Part shown: in pieces, positions 1 through 12,890 of the stretch | Numbering within the stretch: position 1 is the stretch's first letter | Layout: each line of letters starts with the position of its first letter | Source: Octopus vulgaris | Taxonomy: Eukaryota | DNA: 64,000 nucleotides | Assembly: GCA_951406725.2 (NCBI GenBank) | Contig: OX597823.1 | Span: 25,482,001 to 25,546,000 of the forward strand | Direction of reading: 5' to 3' | Program-made: the position numbers and the translations under genes | Notes under the pieces: model-generated | Told to the model about the DNA's origin: nothing | Databases searched by the model: none | What the model saw: only the letters and a program-made list of their open reading frames with translations

Positions 1-2228
1 TAACGAAATGGAAGTAGTTAATACCTTACACCATCTCCTAAACTAACCATCTCTGTAGGATTGAAATAGAAAGTGCAAGTGCAAGAGAGGTTACAGTTTG
101 GTTTGCCTTCTGTATCCCTGCCTATAACATTTCCCCCATATGTAAAGTGATGTCAATGTATGTCAGATGGTCTTGGTGTCACTAAGGAACTTTTTCAAGT
201 TGAAAATCCTAGTCATATTTACCTCAAATCACACCCAATTTTTTAAAAATAAATGTTATATCGAACAACGTAATTCATGATCTACAGAAAGTCGGGACGG
301 TCATGATTGAAGCACTTTTCCCCATAGACCAGTTCGGTCAAGACTGATCTGGTGTTAAGCAGCAACAACAAATCTCAACAAGACCCACTTTGTCTTTAGT
401 TCTTTCAGAATCCATAAATAAAATATCATTCTATTAGTGATATCGCTTTTTTCCTCGCACTTTCTGTCTGTGGTTCTCCTTTCTGGAAAGAATCATCTGT
501 GATCAGACATGGAGAATATTGACTTCACCAAGACTAAAATTGCTAAAGATATCCGGTGTGCCACAACGACACCCCTACAACTCCATCAAGAGGGCTCAAG
601 GTGAAGCATAATCTTCCTATCTTAACTATGTACAACAAAGCAGACTGCATAAGCTAACGTTCAGTGCTTTGTTATGGACAGCACGTAACACTGTCCAGTG
701 CTGATACATTAGGGCTAGGGCAGCATATATCTGTGCTAAAAGCCCTTCTATAGACCCTTTTTATAGATATATGAATTACACTAGGGTATCCTGAATGTCA
801 TGTCTAGGGAGACAGTCATAGCATGACACTGACAAAATATGAACCAGTGACTTATAGTAGCCCCGACCGACCTACTTAACTTTCAAGAAGTATCTTCAAG
901 TTTTAAGTATATCTAGAAGTTTTAAGTGTATCCAAGTTTTAAGTATATCCAGAAGTAAATCTTGAAACATCAATGGAACAAAGGAATACTCACTACTTTA
1001 TACGCTATCCGGACGTTCAATAAGGATGCGAAGCTATAATTGATACAGAGCAGGCAGTACATCGCTCCTATCTCCGTCTGAGAGAAAGAAAACTTAAAAA
1101 GACAAAAAAGAATTCGCTTCGTTAGTCTGACGTTTAATATTTTCAAATGGAAAAACGTTTGTTACCTTTATTGACTTAGCTCAAACTTTGACAGACACCT
1201 TTCCCTCAACCTATTTCTGGACAGGTACTAATAGTAATTTAAGCACTAGATGTATTCCCATTTTGCTGCAATACTTTGCTCCGTAGAACAACTAAAACTT
1301 TCACACAAGAATATTAGCTTATTGTAAAAGAGACAGGATGTTTTGTGACATTTATTTAGATCTACTTTTCCCTTTGAAAGTTGTGTCTTGACGATATTGA
1401 CTTTATTTTTCATTTGGAAAGTAATTCAAGGAACCAATACGATCGCCAGTACGAGTCCGTCGAATGATGTGACCTTTTGCTTATGTAAAAAAGTCCTTCT
1501 TTATGATTTGCAAAATACATCGAAATTTTCTTTTTCGTTCATCATAAAAAAGAATTAGATACGTTTTTGGAAATGATGCATTTTTCTGAAACGTACAAAA
1601 GCTTATTATTGGGGTTCGATGTAATCGACGTCCCTGCTTCCCCGAAATTGCTGGCTTTGTACCAAAATTGGAAACTATTATTATTTTTATTAACCTGCGA
1701 CGGAACGGCGTCCCGTCCAGGTGGGGAACCTATACGCCAAGGAAACCGGGACACCGGCCCTGATGAGCCAGGCATGGTTCGAGAAGGAACAAACAATTAT
1801 TATTATTATTATTATTGTTGTTGTTGTTAAAGCAGCGAACTAGCAGAAACGTTAGCACGCCGGGCGAAATGCGTAGCCGTATTTCGTCTGCCGTTACGTT
1901 CTGAGTTCAAATTCCACCGAGGTCGACTTTGCCTTTCATCCTTTCGGGGTCGATAAATTAAGTACCAGTTACGCACTGGGGTCGACATAATCGACTTAAT
2001 CCGTTGTCTGTCCTTGTTTGTCCTCTCTATGTTTAGCCCCTTGTGGGTAGTAAAGAAATAGGTACTTCGCCCGTCGCTACTTTTTGAGTTCGAATTTCGT
2101 TGAGGTCGACTCTGCCTTTTATCCCTTTGGGGTCGATAACTTAAATACCAGTGAAACACTGGAGTTGACATAATCGAGTATTTCCCGTCTCCTGCCAAGT
2201 TTCAGGCCTTGTGCCTATAGTAGAAAGC

Positions 2229-2284
<56 letters not shown>

Positions 2285-2286
<2 letters not shown>

Positions 2287-2717
2287 TATGTTTGACTTTT
2301 GCTTTACATTTGCACAAGCTGGCTCCAAGTCTCACCTCAAGAGACAACGAGTTGGAAGTTCATGTTGGTGTTATGCCTAGGGTGCCATATATTTGGTTTT
2401 GTACTTAATGTTGTTTTAGTGAATGCCTAAAAAACCATACGAAAATTATGTTTGTTTTAAAACTTGAGATTACAAAGAAGGTATTTTGCGTAGGATATGA
2501 GCAGTTCCCATGAGCACTATCTTTTGAATTTCTGCCATTTTGGGGTTTCCTGGTATCTGAGTTAGGTAGCAATCAGCCCCTTTGGCTATCATTCCCAGGG
2601 CACCTATGACAACAGGTATTGTTTTAGTCTTCAGGTTCCACATTTTGCTGATTTCTATTTCCAGATCTTTATATTTGCTCAGTTTCTGGTAGGTCTTGAC
2701 AGATATGTTTATATCGA

Positions 2718-2720
<3 letters not shown>
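2285..2720 (-). mobile_element. R4/Dong-like RLE LINE 3' fragment in an (AAT)n microsatellite
   Basis: Minus strand encodes 'KLSKYKDLEIEISKMWNLKTKTIPVVIGALG'. Flanked by (ATT)n. Confidence 0.8.
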
Positions 2721-2787
<67 letters not shown>

Positions 2788-2788
2788 G

Positions 2789-3342
2789 AGTGAAAGAGCA
2801 GTTCATGCCATCAAAGTGACACTGGGGTAAAATATACGAAGCCCAATATACCCATCATGACTACCCGTCTGATAAGGGTACACCAGGCACATGCATCACA
2901 ACCATATGTGCGCGACATGGTGATCTCATATCAAGATAAACAGCACATGACCTTGCAGGTGGGTCCCAGTTGGAAATTTCTTCAGGTTGAGTAGCCCATC
3001 CCGCTCAAAAGGTCCCTGAATAAGGGTTGTTTAAGGATGTTGAAAGAACCACCCATGTTTCCAGAGGTGAACTATTCAAACCCCAAAGAATCCCTCTCAA
3101 CACATGGCTATGATGCTCCCCCACTACTTCTGCTCGTAATCAGAGATGCACATATCGTCAGCCACTAAGGGACATGCTCAACTGGTTAAGGTCAAATAAC
3201 TGACAAGCAAATCTGTGGTATTGAGCAGAATATTTGCTGTAGCCCATCTTTTATACCAAGACAAAACAATGTACATGATAACACTTCCAATCAGTTATGA
3301 TCAGAAACCATGAGAGCCACTGCCTGGTACTGCATCAGGGCA
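2789..3342. mobile_element. About 550-bp non-coding element embedded in (ATT)n, probably non-autonomous and AAT-targeted
   Basis: Complex, GC-richer block with sharp boundaries between two long (ATT)n tracts. No ORF. Confidence 0.5.
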
Positions 3343-3343
3343 A

Positions 3344-3442
<99 letters not shown>

Positions 3443-3653
3443 GGCGGTGAACTGGCAGAATCGTTAGGACGCCGGGCAAAATACTTAGCGGCATTTCGGC
3501 TGTCCCGACGTTCTAAGTTCAAATTCCGCCGAGGACGACTTTGCCTTTCATCCTTTCAGGGTCATTAAAATAAGTACCAGTTGAGCGCTGGGTTCGATGT
3601 ATTCAACTTACCCCTTCCCCAAAATTTTAGCCCTTGTGCCTATAGTAGAAAGG

Positions 3654-3698
<45 letters not shown>

Positions 3699-3910
3699 TA
3701 AGGCGGCGAGCTGGCAGAATCGTTAGCGCGCTGACGGTATTTCGCCTGTCACTACGTTCTGAGTACAAATTCAGCCGAGGTTGACTTTGCCCTTCATCTT
3801 TTCGGGGTCATTAAAATAAACACCAGTGAAACACTGGGGGCGATGTAATCTACTAGTCTCCTCCCCACAAATTTCAGGCCTTGTGCCTTTTGTAGAAAGG
3901 GTTATTATTA

Positions 3911-4160
3911 TTGGGTTGGTACATAATAATTGCGACTTTTTTCAACAAATTTTATTCAACAAGAGCAATAACAATAAGTAACAAACCATCTTTAAATGAT
4001 TATTCCAGAGCATATTCACCATCTACTTCAATTACTGCCTCCCATTTGCTTGGCAGACGGTCAGAGCGTTATTTAAAGATGTTTTTGTTAAATATTGTTA
4101 TTGTTTTTGTTGAATGAAATTTGTTGAAAAAAAAGCCGCAATAATTATGCACAAGCCCAA
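3911..4160 (-). mobile_element. Mariner-derived MITE
   Basis: About 50-bp TIRs (ttgggttggtacataataattgcg / cgcaataattatgcacaagcccaa), TA on both sides. Internal transposase C-terminus 'DRLPSKWEAVIEVDGEY'. Confidence 0.8.
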
Positions 4161-5820
4161 TATTCTTAAGGCGGTGAGCTGGCAGAATCGTTAGCACGCT
4201 GGATGAAATGCTTTGTGGTATTTTGCCTGTCGCTACGTTTTGAGTACAAATTCCGCCGGGGTGAACGTTTCCTTTCACCCTTTCGGTGTTGATAAAATAA
4301 GTACTAAATGAGCACTGGGTCGATGTAATTAATATATAGTCCTCCTGTGAACTTGCGGACCTTGTGCTAAAAGCTGAAATAATTATTACTATTATCAAGA
4401 CGGCGTGCCGGCAAAATATTTAGCACGCTTGTCTAAATATATACTTTCTTTTTATTCAACCTAAATTTGCAGTGTGTGTATTTCGTTCTTACATTGTCAC
4501 CAAACTCTTTCGGCCCTTGTGGCCATTAAAATAAATTTTTATTATTGAATTGGCGGAATCGTTAAAGTGTTTGACAAAAGTATTTAACTACAGCTTTTTA
4601 AGTTGAATGTTCAAATCTGGCCGAGATCAGTTTTGCCTTCACCCATCTGATTTCGAAGTACCGATCAAGTGATAGGGGTCAATTAACCCCTCTTTAAAAA
4701 ATTTCTGGCTATATCGGCAGTGCATTGACAGATCTTTTCAGTGTAGAATAAAATACTTTACGGTTTTTGTTCTAATACTGTTCTGAGTTCAAATCCTGGG
4801 ATCGATGAAATAAAGTACTCGTCAAGAATAGGGGTCAATGACATCGGCTTAATCCTTCTCTCAAAATTGCTAACCTTATATCAAAATTAGAAAATATTAA
4901 AATGGCGGCGAGCTGGTAGAATCGTTAATCACCGGAGAAAATGCTTTGCGACATTTGTTCCGACTCTTTACGTTATGAACTCGTATCCCATTGAAGTGAA
5001 CTTTACCTTTCATTCTTACAGGATAAATAAAAGTAGGTCAAGTACTACGTCGATAGTTGTTGGTTTTATGCCTATATCAGAAATCATTACTAAGGTGGTG
5101 TACAGGCTGAATCATTAGTGCGTCGGACTAAATGCTTAGCGGTATTTCTTCCGGCCCTTTACGTTCTGAGTTTAAATACCGCCAAGGTCAACTTTGACTT
5201 TCTTCCTTTCGGAGCCGATAAACTATAATACCAGTGAAGTACTGGATCGATGTAATCGACTAACTCCACCCTCCCCACACACTAAATTTTTTTACTGTGT
5301 GCCAAAATTTAAAACAATTATAATTACTATAAAAAATAGCTTCAAGTTTTGCCACAAGGGCAGCAATTTTGTGGGATAGGACTAGTCGATTACATCGACC
5401 CCAGTGTTTCACTGGTACATAATTTATCAACCCCTAAATGATGAAAGGTAAAGTCAATCTCGACGGAATTTGAACGCAAAACGTAGTGGCAGATGAAATA
5501 CCGCTAAGCATTTCGCCGGGCGTGCTAACGATTTTGCTAGCTCGCCGCCTTATATTATTGTAAATAATACTTACATCAAGGCGGCGAGCTGGCAGAAACG
5601 TTAGCACGCCCGGCGAAATGCTTTGCGGTATTTCGTCTGCCGCTACGTTTTGAGTTCAAACTCCGCCGAGGTCGACTTTGCCTTTCATCTTTTCGGGCTC
5701 GATTAAATAAGTACCAGTTACGCACTGGGGTCGATATAATCGACTTAATCCGTTTGTCTGTCCTTGTTTGTCCTCTCTGTGTTTAGCCACTTGTGGGTAG
5801 TAAAGAAATAGGTATTTCGT

Positions 5821-8020
5821 ACGTCTGTTATTGAAAATTTATTGTTGGAGTGTGTTCGTAAGTTTCTATTAATTGTTATATTTCTTGTGCTTATTGTTGA
5901 AAAAATTGTAGTATAGTTTTCTTTCGAAAGCTATCTGTGGTTTTCTCCTGTGAGGGTAAACATTAATTGCCGGCAAGATGCCGAAAAGTTTGTCTTCTTC
6001 GTCGGGTGATGAATCATCGATTGAGCGAGAAGTAAAGAAAATAGAAAGTTTAATTTTTTGATAACGTTTCTGATGTGTCGGAAAGCGAATTCCTGGCATT
6101 ACTAAAAGTTACGAACACCAAAAGGAAGACAGAAGAAAGGATCATCCAAAATGAAGAAAGGAAAAGTTTTGCGTCAGCAGCTGGTAGTGGAACGCGACAG
6201 CTGTCAACTGACAAAAAAGAATTACTAAAATACAAAGATATGATAACAGAACGAGATGGAGTAGTAAAATTGGAAATACCAGAAGAAGAATTTACGGAGG
6301 AAAAAAAGAAAATTATTATTTTTAAGACATTCTGCTTAAAAGCTCGTAAAATTGATAAGATATGTGAGCAAAAAAATGAAAAATATCTAAAACCCATCTG
6401 GCAGGACATTACATATCTAGCCAGAGGGAAGAAGTTTTGAACCATCGTGGTGAGATTCAAGAACGCAGAAACGTCACAAAAATACTCGGTAAAATCTTTA
6501 GAGTCGGAAGACACAATGTTAATCCCAATTTACATGGGAATGAGAACATCAAAAGTGAGAATACCAAGAATTCCACCCGGAGTAAACCCTATGTGCTCGA
6601 TGGCGGCAGTCCTAGCAAACAGGGAAGATAATATGAACCTCCTGCAGGCTACCGTCACAGAGAATACCTATTGGACTGGTCAAACACTTACCTCATACTG
6701 CAGGCTGACCAAAAGATTTTAGAACAGCTCCCAGAAATCGTGGAAGTAGAAGAGGAAGTTCTAAATATTTTTGTTGAGGGGCGTAAGCCCCGATGTTTCC
6801 AGCATGGCCAACTGGGTCACATTAAAAAATATTATAAAGAAGGTGTAGAAGAATCAGACGGCGAGGAGGAAGAAAGAGAGAGGGAGAAACAGAAGAAAAA
6901 ATAAACAACAAAAGGAAAATGGAAGGCTCTGTCTGCTGTCAAAAGCCTTTAAAGGGAGGTTTAGGGATGCCTTTTATAATGATGCGCAGACATGCGTTGA
7001 GATTGAGGCACCTCTGGATTCTCCTGGATAGTGAACGGATGTGGTCTCCGCTGGCCAGACAAATGTTCCTGAGTTCAAAAGTTTTTGCGAACAGGAAGCC
7101 TGGTGTTCTCGTAGATCGAGGTCGAGTGAGTGGCATAAAGACTGCCGTAAGGCCCTCTAGCTAATCCGGCGCTCGGGCAACGCGAACGGTGGGGGTTCCA
7201 CACGGATTTTATATAGTGGGTTGCTAGAGTCTGAATGCGACGATGGCCTGGGGGCGACTCTAGGTCTCGGGTTTATTCAACTGGACAACCTGTTTCACCG
7301 TACATTCGGGTTTAGAACGTTGGACAACTTCCAAAAGTCCTTAACCTGGCAATGCTACAGAGGTGCCTTGCCCGTTTGGGATAAGCTCACAAGACACGGT
7401 AAGCGTCAGTCGCCGACCTGTCCAAGATGCGGGGGACAGGGAAACCGTCCCTCACGCTATTGTTCAGTGTCCGGAGATAACTGAAATGTGGGCTCATGCT
7501 GAACACCTGATGTCTGGCGAAGGAAGAGTACAGCTGTCGACTGAGTTAATTATAAAAATTGACTCACCGAGAGTTTTAACGAAGCGAAAGAGGCAGTATG
7601 GAAGACTAGGATAAAAGGAATTAGGACAGACAACTTTATCTCTGGCCACAATTTACGATCATTTTTTTTCTTTTCATTTGAAAAGGAAACTCTGGCTGGT
7701 GAAGAGATGTCTGTCGGAGTGTACATTCGAAAAGACATGGAAGCATGTTGCACGAGTATTGTGCGTGCAAGGAACCGTGTGAATAGACGAAAAAAAAAGA
7801 AAAAAAAAGGGACAAGCGGTAGATCGGGGCTTGTGGGATCGGAGCGTGGCCTGATCATCGCTTCATTTGTATTGTCTTTGTATTGTTAATTCCATTCGAT
7901 TTTTTTAATATTCTATTTCAATTTTTATAGTCACATTATATGTAAAATCATACCGTTTTACTGATCCCATCAATTGTTCTTTCCATTTCTATGTTTGGCC
8001 CCCGGTGGGCAATAAAAAAT
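5821..8020 (+). mobile_element. Tx1/L1-clade LINE, internally deleted (ORF1 joined to the ORF2 C-terminus)
   Basis: ORF1 pieces at 6075-6904 include a degenerate zinc knuckle 'RCFQHGQLGH'. ORF2 tail has 'KGGLGMP', 'WQCYRGALPV' and 'CPRCG..ETVPHAIVQCP'. AATAAA at the 3' end. Confidence 0.85.
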
Positions 8021-8169
8021 TGGTATTTCATCTGCCATTACGTTCTTAGTTCAAATTCCGCCTAGGTTAACTTTGACTTTCATCCTTTCGAGGTCTATAA
8101 ATTAAATACCAGTCGCGTACTGGAGTCGATCTAATCGACTAGCCCTCTTACGCGAAGAATAATACTTAC

Positions 8170-8306
8170 ATCTTTAAGATGAAACCAAAGGAAAGCTTCT
8201 TGAAATGTGAATGGTAGTGTAAGAACTACAAGAAGAAGAACGTTGTTGAAGATCTCCCAAGAATAAGTGAATCCTGACACTGAAGACATTCTTTCTGCTT
8301 TCTTAT
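8170..8306 (-). CDS. SLC18B1: SLC18B1-like coding exon 7 (KKAERMSSVSGF...FTFQEAFLWFHLKD); later exons not found in the window
   Basis: cttcctctttag acceptor, gtaagt donor, 137 nt, phase 1/0 consistent with exon 6. The end resembles 'FLDPTLSLH'. Confidence 0.75.
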
Positions 8307-9818
8307 CTAAAGAGGAAGAAAAAAATATTATTAATAATTTGTTCAAGGAAGTGGGTGTGCAAAACTTTTAGTATCGGACGAGATATTTTGCTGTATTTCT
8401 TCCGGTTCTTTACTATCTTGCCGGCACTAACTTACATTTTCATCACTTCAGTAGTTTGACACAATGCAATATCAATCAAGTACTGGAGTGTATTTGATCG
8501 ACTAACCCTTGACCGAAAATCTTTGGCTTTGTGCCTATATAAGACACTTAATGAAATACTTAGTTTCAGGTGCATGGAAAGTGCATTATAAGCAGAAACA
8601 GGCGCAGTTTTCTGCCCTCTCCTTGTTGAAATGTTGTGTAATCATTCATGGACTTCATTGATTGATGTGTGAAACTTCCTGGAGCCTTTCATTAAAGCAG
8701 TGAAGGTGTCACACATGTGCAACAATGAAATATTGTGGTTTCCACAGCTTCAGGTACACAGAAGGTATTGTATAGGCAAGAGTAATTGTGATTCTCTAGT
8801 CTTCAGCATGGATGTTTCTCTTGTTGAAGTGCTCTATGGCTGAGATTATTGTCTTCATTGACCTCCAAAGTATGAACATGACAACTTTTGGTACCTGTGT
8901 AGCGATATTGATATCCTCACTGTTTGAGAGACACTTTAGGAATGATCTCGTTTCAGATTACAACCATCTTTGGCTAGTTTGACCCTGTTGTGTCCACTGA
9001 TCTGATTGGTTGGCATCTAGCGCGGTCTGTCTCTCGACTTATTTCGCGCCAGTATGTAAGCCAACCAATCACGGCCTTCGGATAGGATGCTTCATTTGAG
9101 CCACTTTAATCCTTTAAATAGGCCAGCTTTCACTTTCAGCTTGAGACCTTTTAAGGTCTAGTCACTCAGCTATGTTCCAGTTCCAGCGACAGACGACCAG
9201 CCAGCCAACCATGCTACTGCTCCAGCTATGAAGACGCTATTATACACCAGCGACAGACAGAACGTTTTCCATCTCCGCCACCGTCATCACCATCGTCGTC
9301 TCCATCTCCGTCGATTGAACGCCGCACAGTCGTCCCTAACATAATAAGCCATATACATAATATAACATACAGTGCCCAAAAGAAATAAATGAAGGACGAC
9401 AAGCCGTTCTACTGTTTGAGAGAGAAGAAGACTTTATTTATACAGTGTACAAAATGGCACCAGCTCATACGTCACTTTTTATCCCTAACATTTTGGACGA
9501 CGCTTATTTCCCTACTACCCTATTTTACAGATCTGGTCACTTAGGATTTTTATCTCCAAAATTTAAAATTCATTGTGAACGGTTGCCGATTTCAGTTATT
9601 AAAAACCATCGAAAAATATTCACTACAAGAACTTCACACCACCTCTAAAAATGCATTGCAAAACTGGAACTATTTTGTAGGAGACAAGTTTCATTGAATT
9701 GTAAGTAAAATAGATTTATTTTCCAAAAAGTTTACGTTTTATTTTTCGAATCACTACATTAAATTATATCAAATTATAATGTAACTTGTTAAATTATATT
9801 ACATTATAAAACACTTAC

Positions 9819-9909
9819 TCGAGCTCCTTCTTAGAAGGTATATATCGCATGGTAAACAAATGGCAAGCAGTGCACCATATATCAGATACGGTAAATCGAA
9901 TCCGCCAAG
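9819..9909 (-). CDS. SLC18B1: SLC18B1-like coding exon 6 (LGGFDLPYLIYGALLAICLPCDIYLLRRSS)
   Basis: tttttcag acceptor, gtaagt donor, 91 nt, phase 0/1. 'GGF.LPF..G' TM6 signature. Confidence 0.9.
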
Positions 9910-12821
9910 CTGAAAAAGATTTAATACAATTATGGTTGACTCTGTTGTGGCGATTTAATATTGTTTATTGCTATTAGCTATGTATTGTTACCAAAAACTT
10001 GGTCCTTGGACTCCTCTTTAACACGTTATATTCGAAAATATCTGATTTTTTTTTTTTTGCATATGCAGAGAAACATAAATTCATGGGAACGGAACAGACT
10101 TTTGAAGTAGCGTAAGTAAATGCTTGGTTTTTGTAATATATTTTGTCGGCTCTGGAACGATGAGAAATGAATGTCGATTCATTCCAGTAATATAAACATA
10201 AATGGATGAATCTAAAAGCCGTAAGATATCAATTTCGGTGCTCTGTCATTTCTGCCACTCTACATGCTTTAATAACATCCATAACCTCACACCTAGATTT
10301 GGTTCAGCAGTAACTAGGCATCCCCTACTACAGCCAGTCTGAAGTAACCATCACATTCTACTTTATGTTATTTTCTTCAATCTTGTCCTTTCATAGCCTA
10401 TCTTTTATTTTATTTATAATATACATATTACGTATTATAGTATTTTATCATACCATCTCATATCCTATCCTATCCTATCTTATCTATCTTGCATTATCTG
10501 ATCTTATTACAACTCTTCAATAAATATTCTTTGATTTACTATGGTCAGTTTAGTACTCAAAAAAATTGTCTTTTGTCTAAAGGGGAGACCAAAATTAGTT
10601 TTTCAAGGTACAGACGAGATGGTCGAAGGTATAGGCATCGGGTTATCTTCTCATGGATCGTAAGTTCAAATTATAGGGTTTACGTGCCACCTAGAAATAG
10701 ACAACACATAAACTCTATAAATCTATAACAGACTCACATCTTCATCTTGAGAACTAGACACTAATTCACACATGAACAGTTATAACATAATGTACAATTG
10801 TTGAGCGCCCAATCTTTGAGAAAAGCTAACATATCTAAAGAAAAATATTCTATCACAAATATTCAGGTAAGTTAGACTATAAGTTAGTCTGTGTGTCATC
10901 CCGTTGTTCCTTCTATTGTTTCTGCAACAGTCTAATCTATGAAACAATAAACTATTTTATACAAAATTCAATTTTCCCATGAACTGCATCAAACACACTA
11001 GTGTTTCGAAAGAGCACATTTCTAAACGACTTGCAATGTTTATGGATGGACAGTCATCTTTTCCGTTGAGTAAACAATAAAAATAACTTGATCAAATATC
11101 GCTATCGCCTCGGTTCGCCTAGTCGTTCGAATGTGTTAGATACTACGAAATCAATAGTAAATATTATCTTAGATAGATTAGCTTCCTTTTCAAAGAAAAG
11201 TTATCTGTCATCTTTTGTACCCATAGTCAAGGAACAGGCATGAAAAACGTTAAACCACTAAGCCCAGATTTAGGGGATATTTATACTTATAGGAAACAGA
11301 AGGTGAGCGATATTCGCATCACCGATGTAAACTCACGCCCATGGACTTAGTAGATGTCCGAATTATTGAATTAATTCCTCTCAGTCAGGTATATCAAGAG
11401 GCTTATCTAATCCTTGATAGTGGTGTCAGCAGCCATTCAGCAAACAATATCCCACAGCCATTGTAGCAGCAGACACAGTTCAGCTGTGATACAACGGCTT
11501 GTATCAACTGTGCAATGACAGTCAGTAGCGCAACAAATTATAAACCAACATCTTTTACAGATTCACTACGTTTTCAAGATCTGTTGCTTGAAACGAACTG
11601 TACAGACAATCTATGATCCGGGAACTTAAATTTCATTATTTTTCCACCTTCAGGTGGCAAGCTGGCTGAATCGTTAGCAGACAGGGCAAAATGCTTAGCA
11701 GCATTTCCTTCGTCTTTATGTTCTGAGTTCAATTTCTGCCAAGTTCGACTTGCTTTCTATCCTTTTCGAGTGGATAAAATAAGTACCAGTTGAGAAATGC
11801 CTCAAAATTTCAGTAGAGAGGATTATTTTTTTCGCCTTGAATCCATTGAAAGTACCTATTAACTGGATTGTAACACATGTATATACTCTTTATATAAGTA
11901 CACTAAAAACTTGCATAGCCATACATTTATTGTGTATACACACATACATGAACGCACTTTCGTTTACATTTGATGATTCTTTTGCATGTACACACACACA
12001 ACTGTATATACACTCCATCAACGCTTCTTGTAAATAGTTATAGCCATTTATATTTCTGAACATTTCACTTAATTTCAGGTAATATCTCTTGACAGTGAAA
12101 TTGAAACCCCATTTGTATCATAGACTGTATATCTTGCCGATTAGATGTGTCATAATTTAATTTATTGGCAATTAAAGAATATATATTCCTATTCCGTTTT
12201 TATTATTGTATGTAACCATCTTTATAAATCCAGTTTTGGGTTGGAGTTTATATTTTTTACACTGTATAATCCTTTCCTGATACAAAGGTCAATAATTACG
12301 ATCTTTAATTCCACTTACTTTAGAGATAAAGAGATAAAAAGTGAAAAATCTTACTGGTTACGACTAAATTATTTCAGGTAACTATTCTCACGTGAAGAAT
12401 TAACCTCAACTGCAAGCCTCATTAAAATAATGATAATGTTTACAGCTGTGAACTATGTTTCTTGAAGAGCCTCTTAAATGAATTCAGATGGCTCAGATGT
12501 TGAAATAGAAGTAACTTGATCACAAACTCAGTGCAATGCTTGTGACAGAACATAAGTGAGGCGACTTCTACATGGTCTGTCGGCATGCAAGAAATAGCTG
12601 CCTTCTCCCTCAAATTTTACCCTGCTTTCACAAAAACAAAATATACGTTGGGTAATACTGTCCTGGGTACGCTAAGTCTGAAAACAATTCTGTCTGGAAC
12701 ATCGTTGACCATATGTTTGTTTAACTGCAGCTAAACGTCAGCTAGTTACCCTACACATCTCATATGGTTTCATTCTCTCGCAGCAAAAATTCAATAGAGA
12801 TAATTATGTAATCATACTTAC

Positions 12822-12890
12822 ATCATAAAGCATTCCTCCAAATAGGGGGCTAGTTGCGAAGCCAAACCCAGTTGCAGACATTAGCCAACC
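12822..12890 (-). CDS. SLC18B1: SLC18B1-like coding exon 5 (GWLMSATGFGFATSPLFGGMLYD)
   Basis: tatttcag acceptor, gtaagt donor, 69 nt, phase 0/0. MFS motif C-like 'GxG...P..GG.LY'. Confidence 0.9.

Larger units (their letters stand above)
1829..5810. mobile_element. Cluster of about 10 tRNA-derived SINE copies separated by (ATT)n tracts
   Basis: Repeated head 'aaggcggcgagctggcagaa.cgttagcacgc', B-box 'gagttcaaattcc' and core 'gcctttcatcctttcggggtcgataaa..aagtaccag'. Copies start near 1829, 2061, 3441, 3700, 4169, 4900, 5093 and 5578; one minus-strand copy at 5340-5550. Confidence 0.9.

Noticed and set aside
1760-1795. CTGATGAG as a possible hammerhead
   Set aside because: No properly placed GAAA or stems I/III. 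It looks like a SINE 3' fragment.
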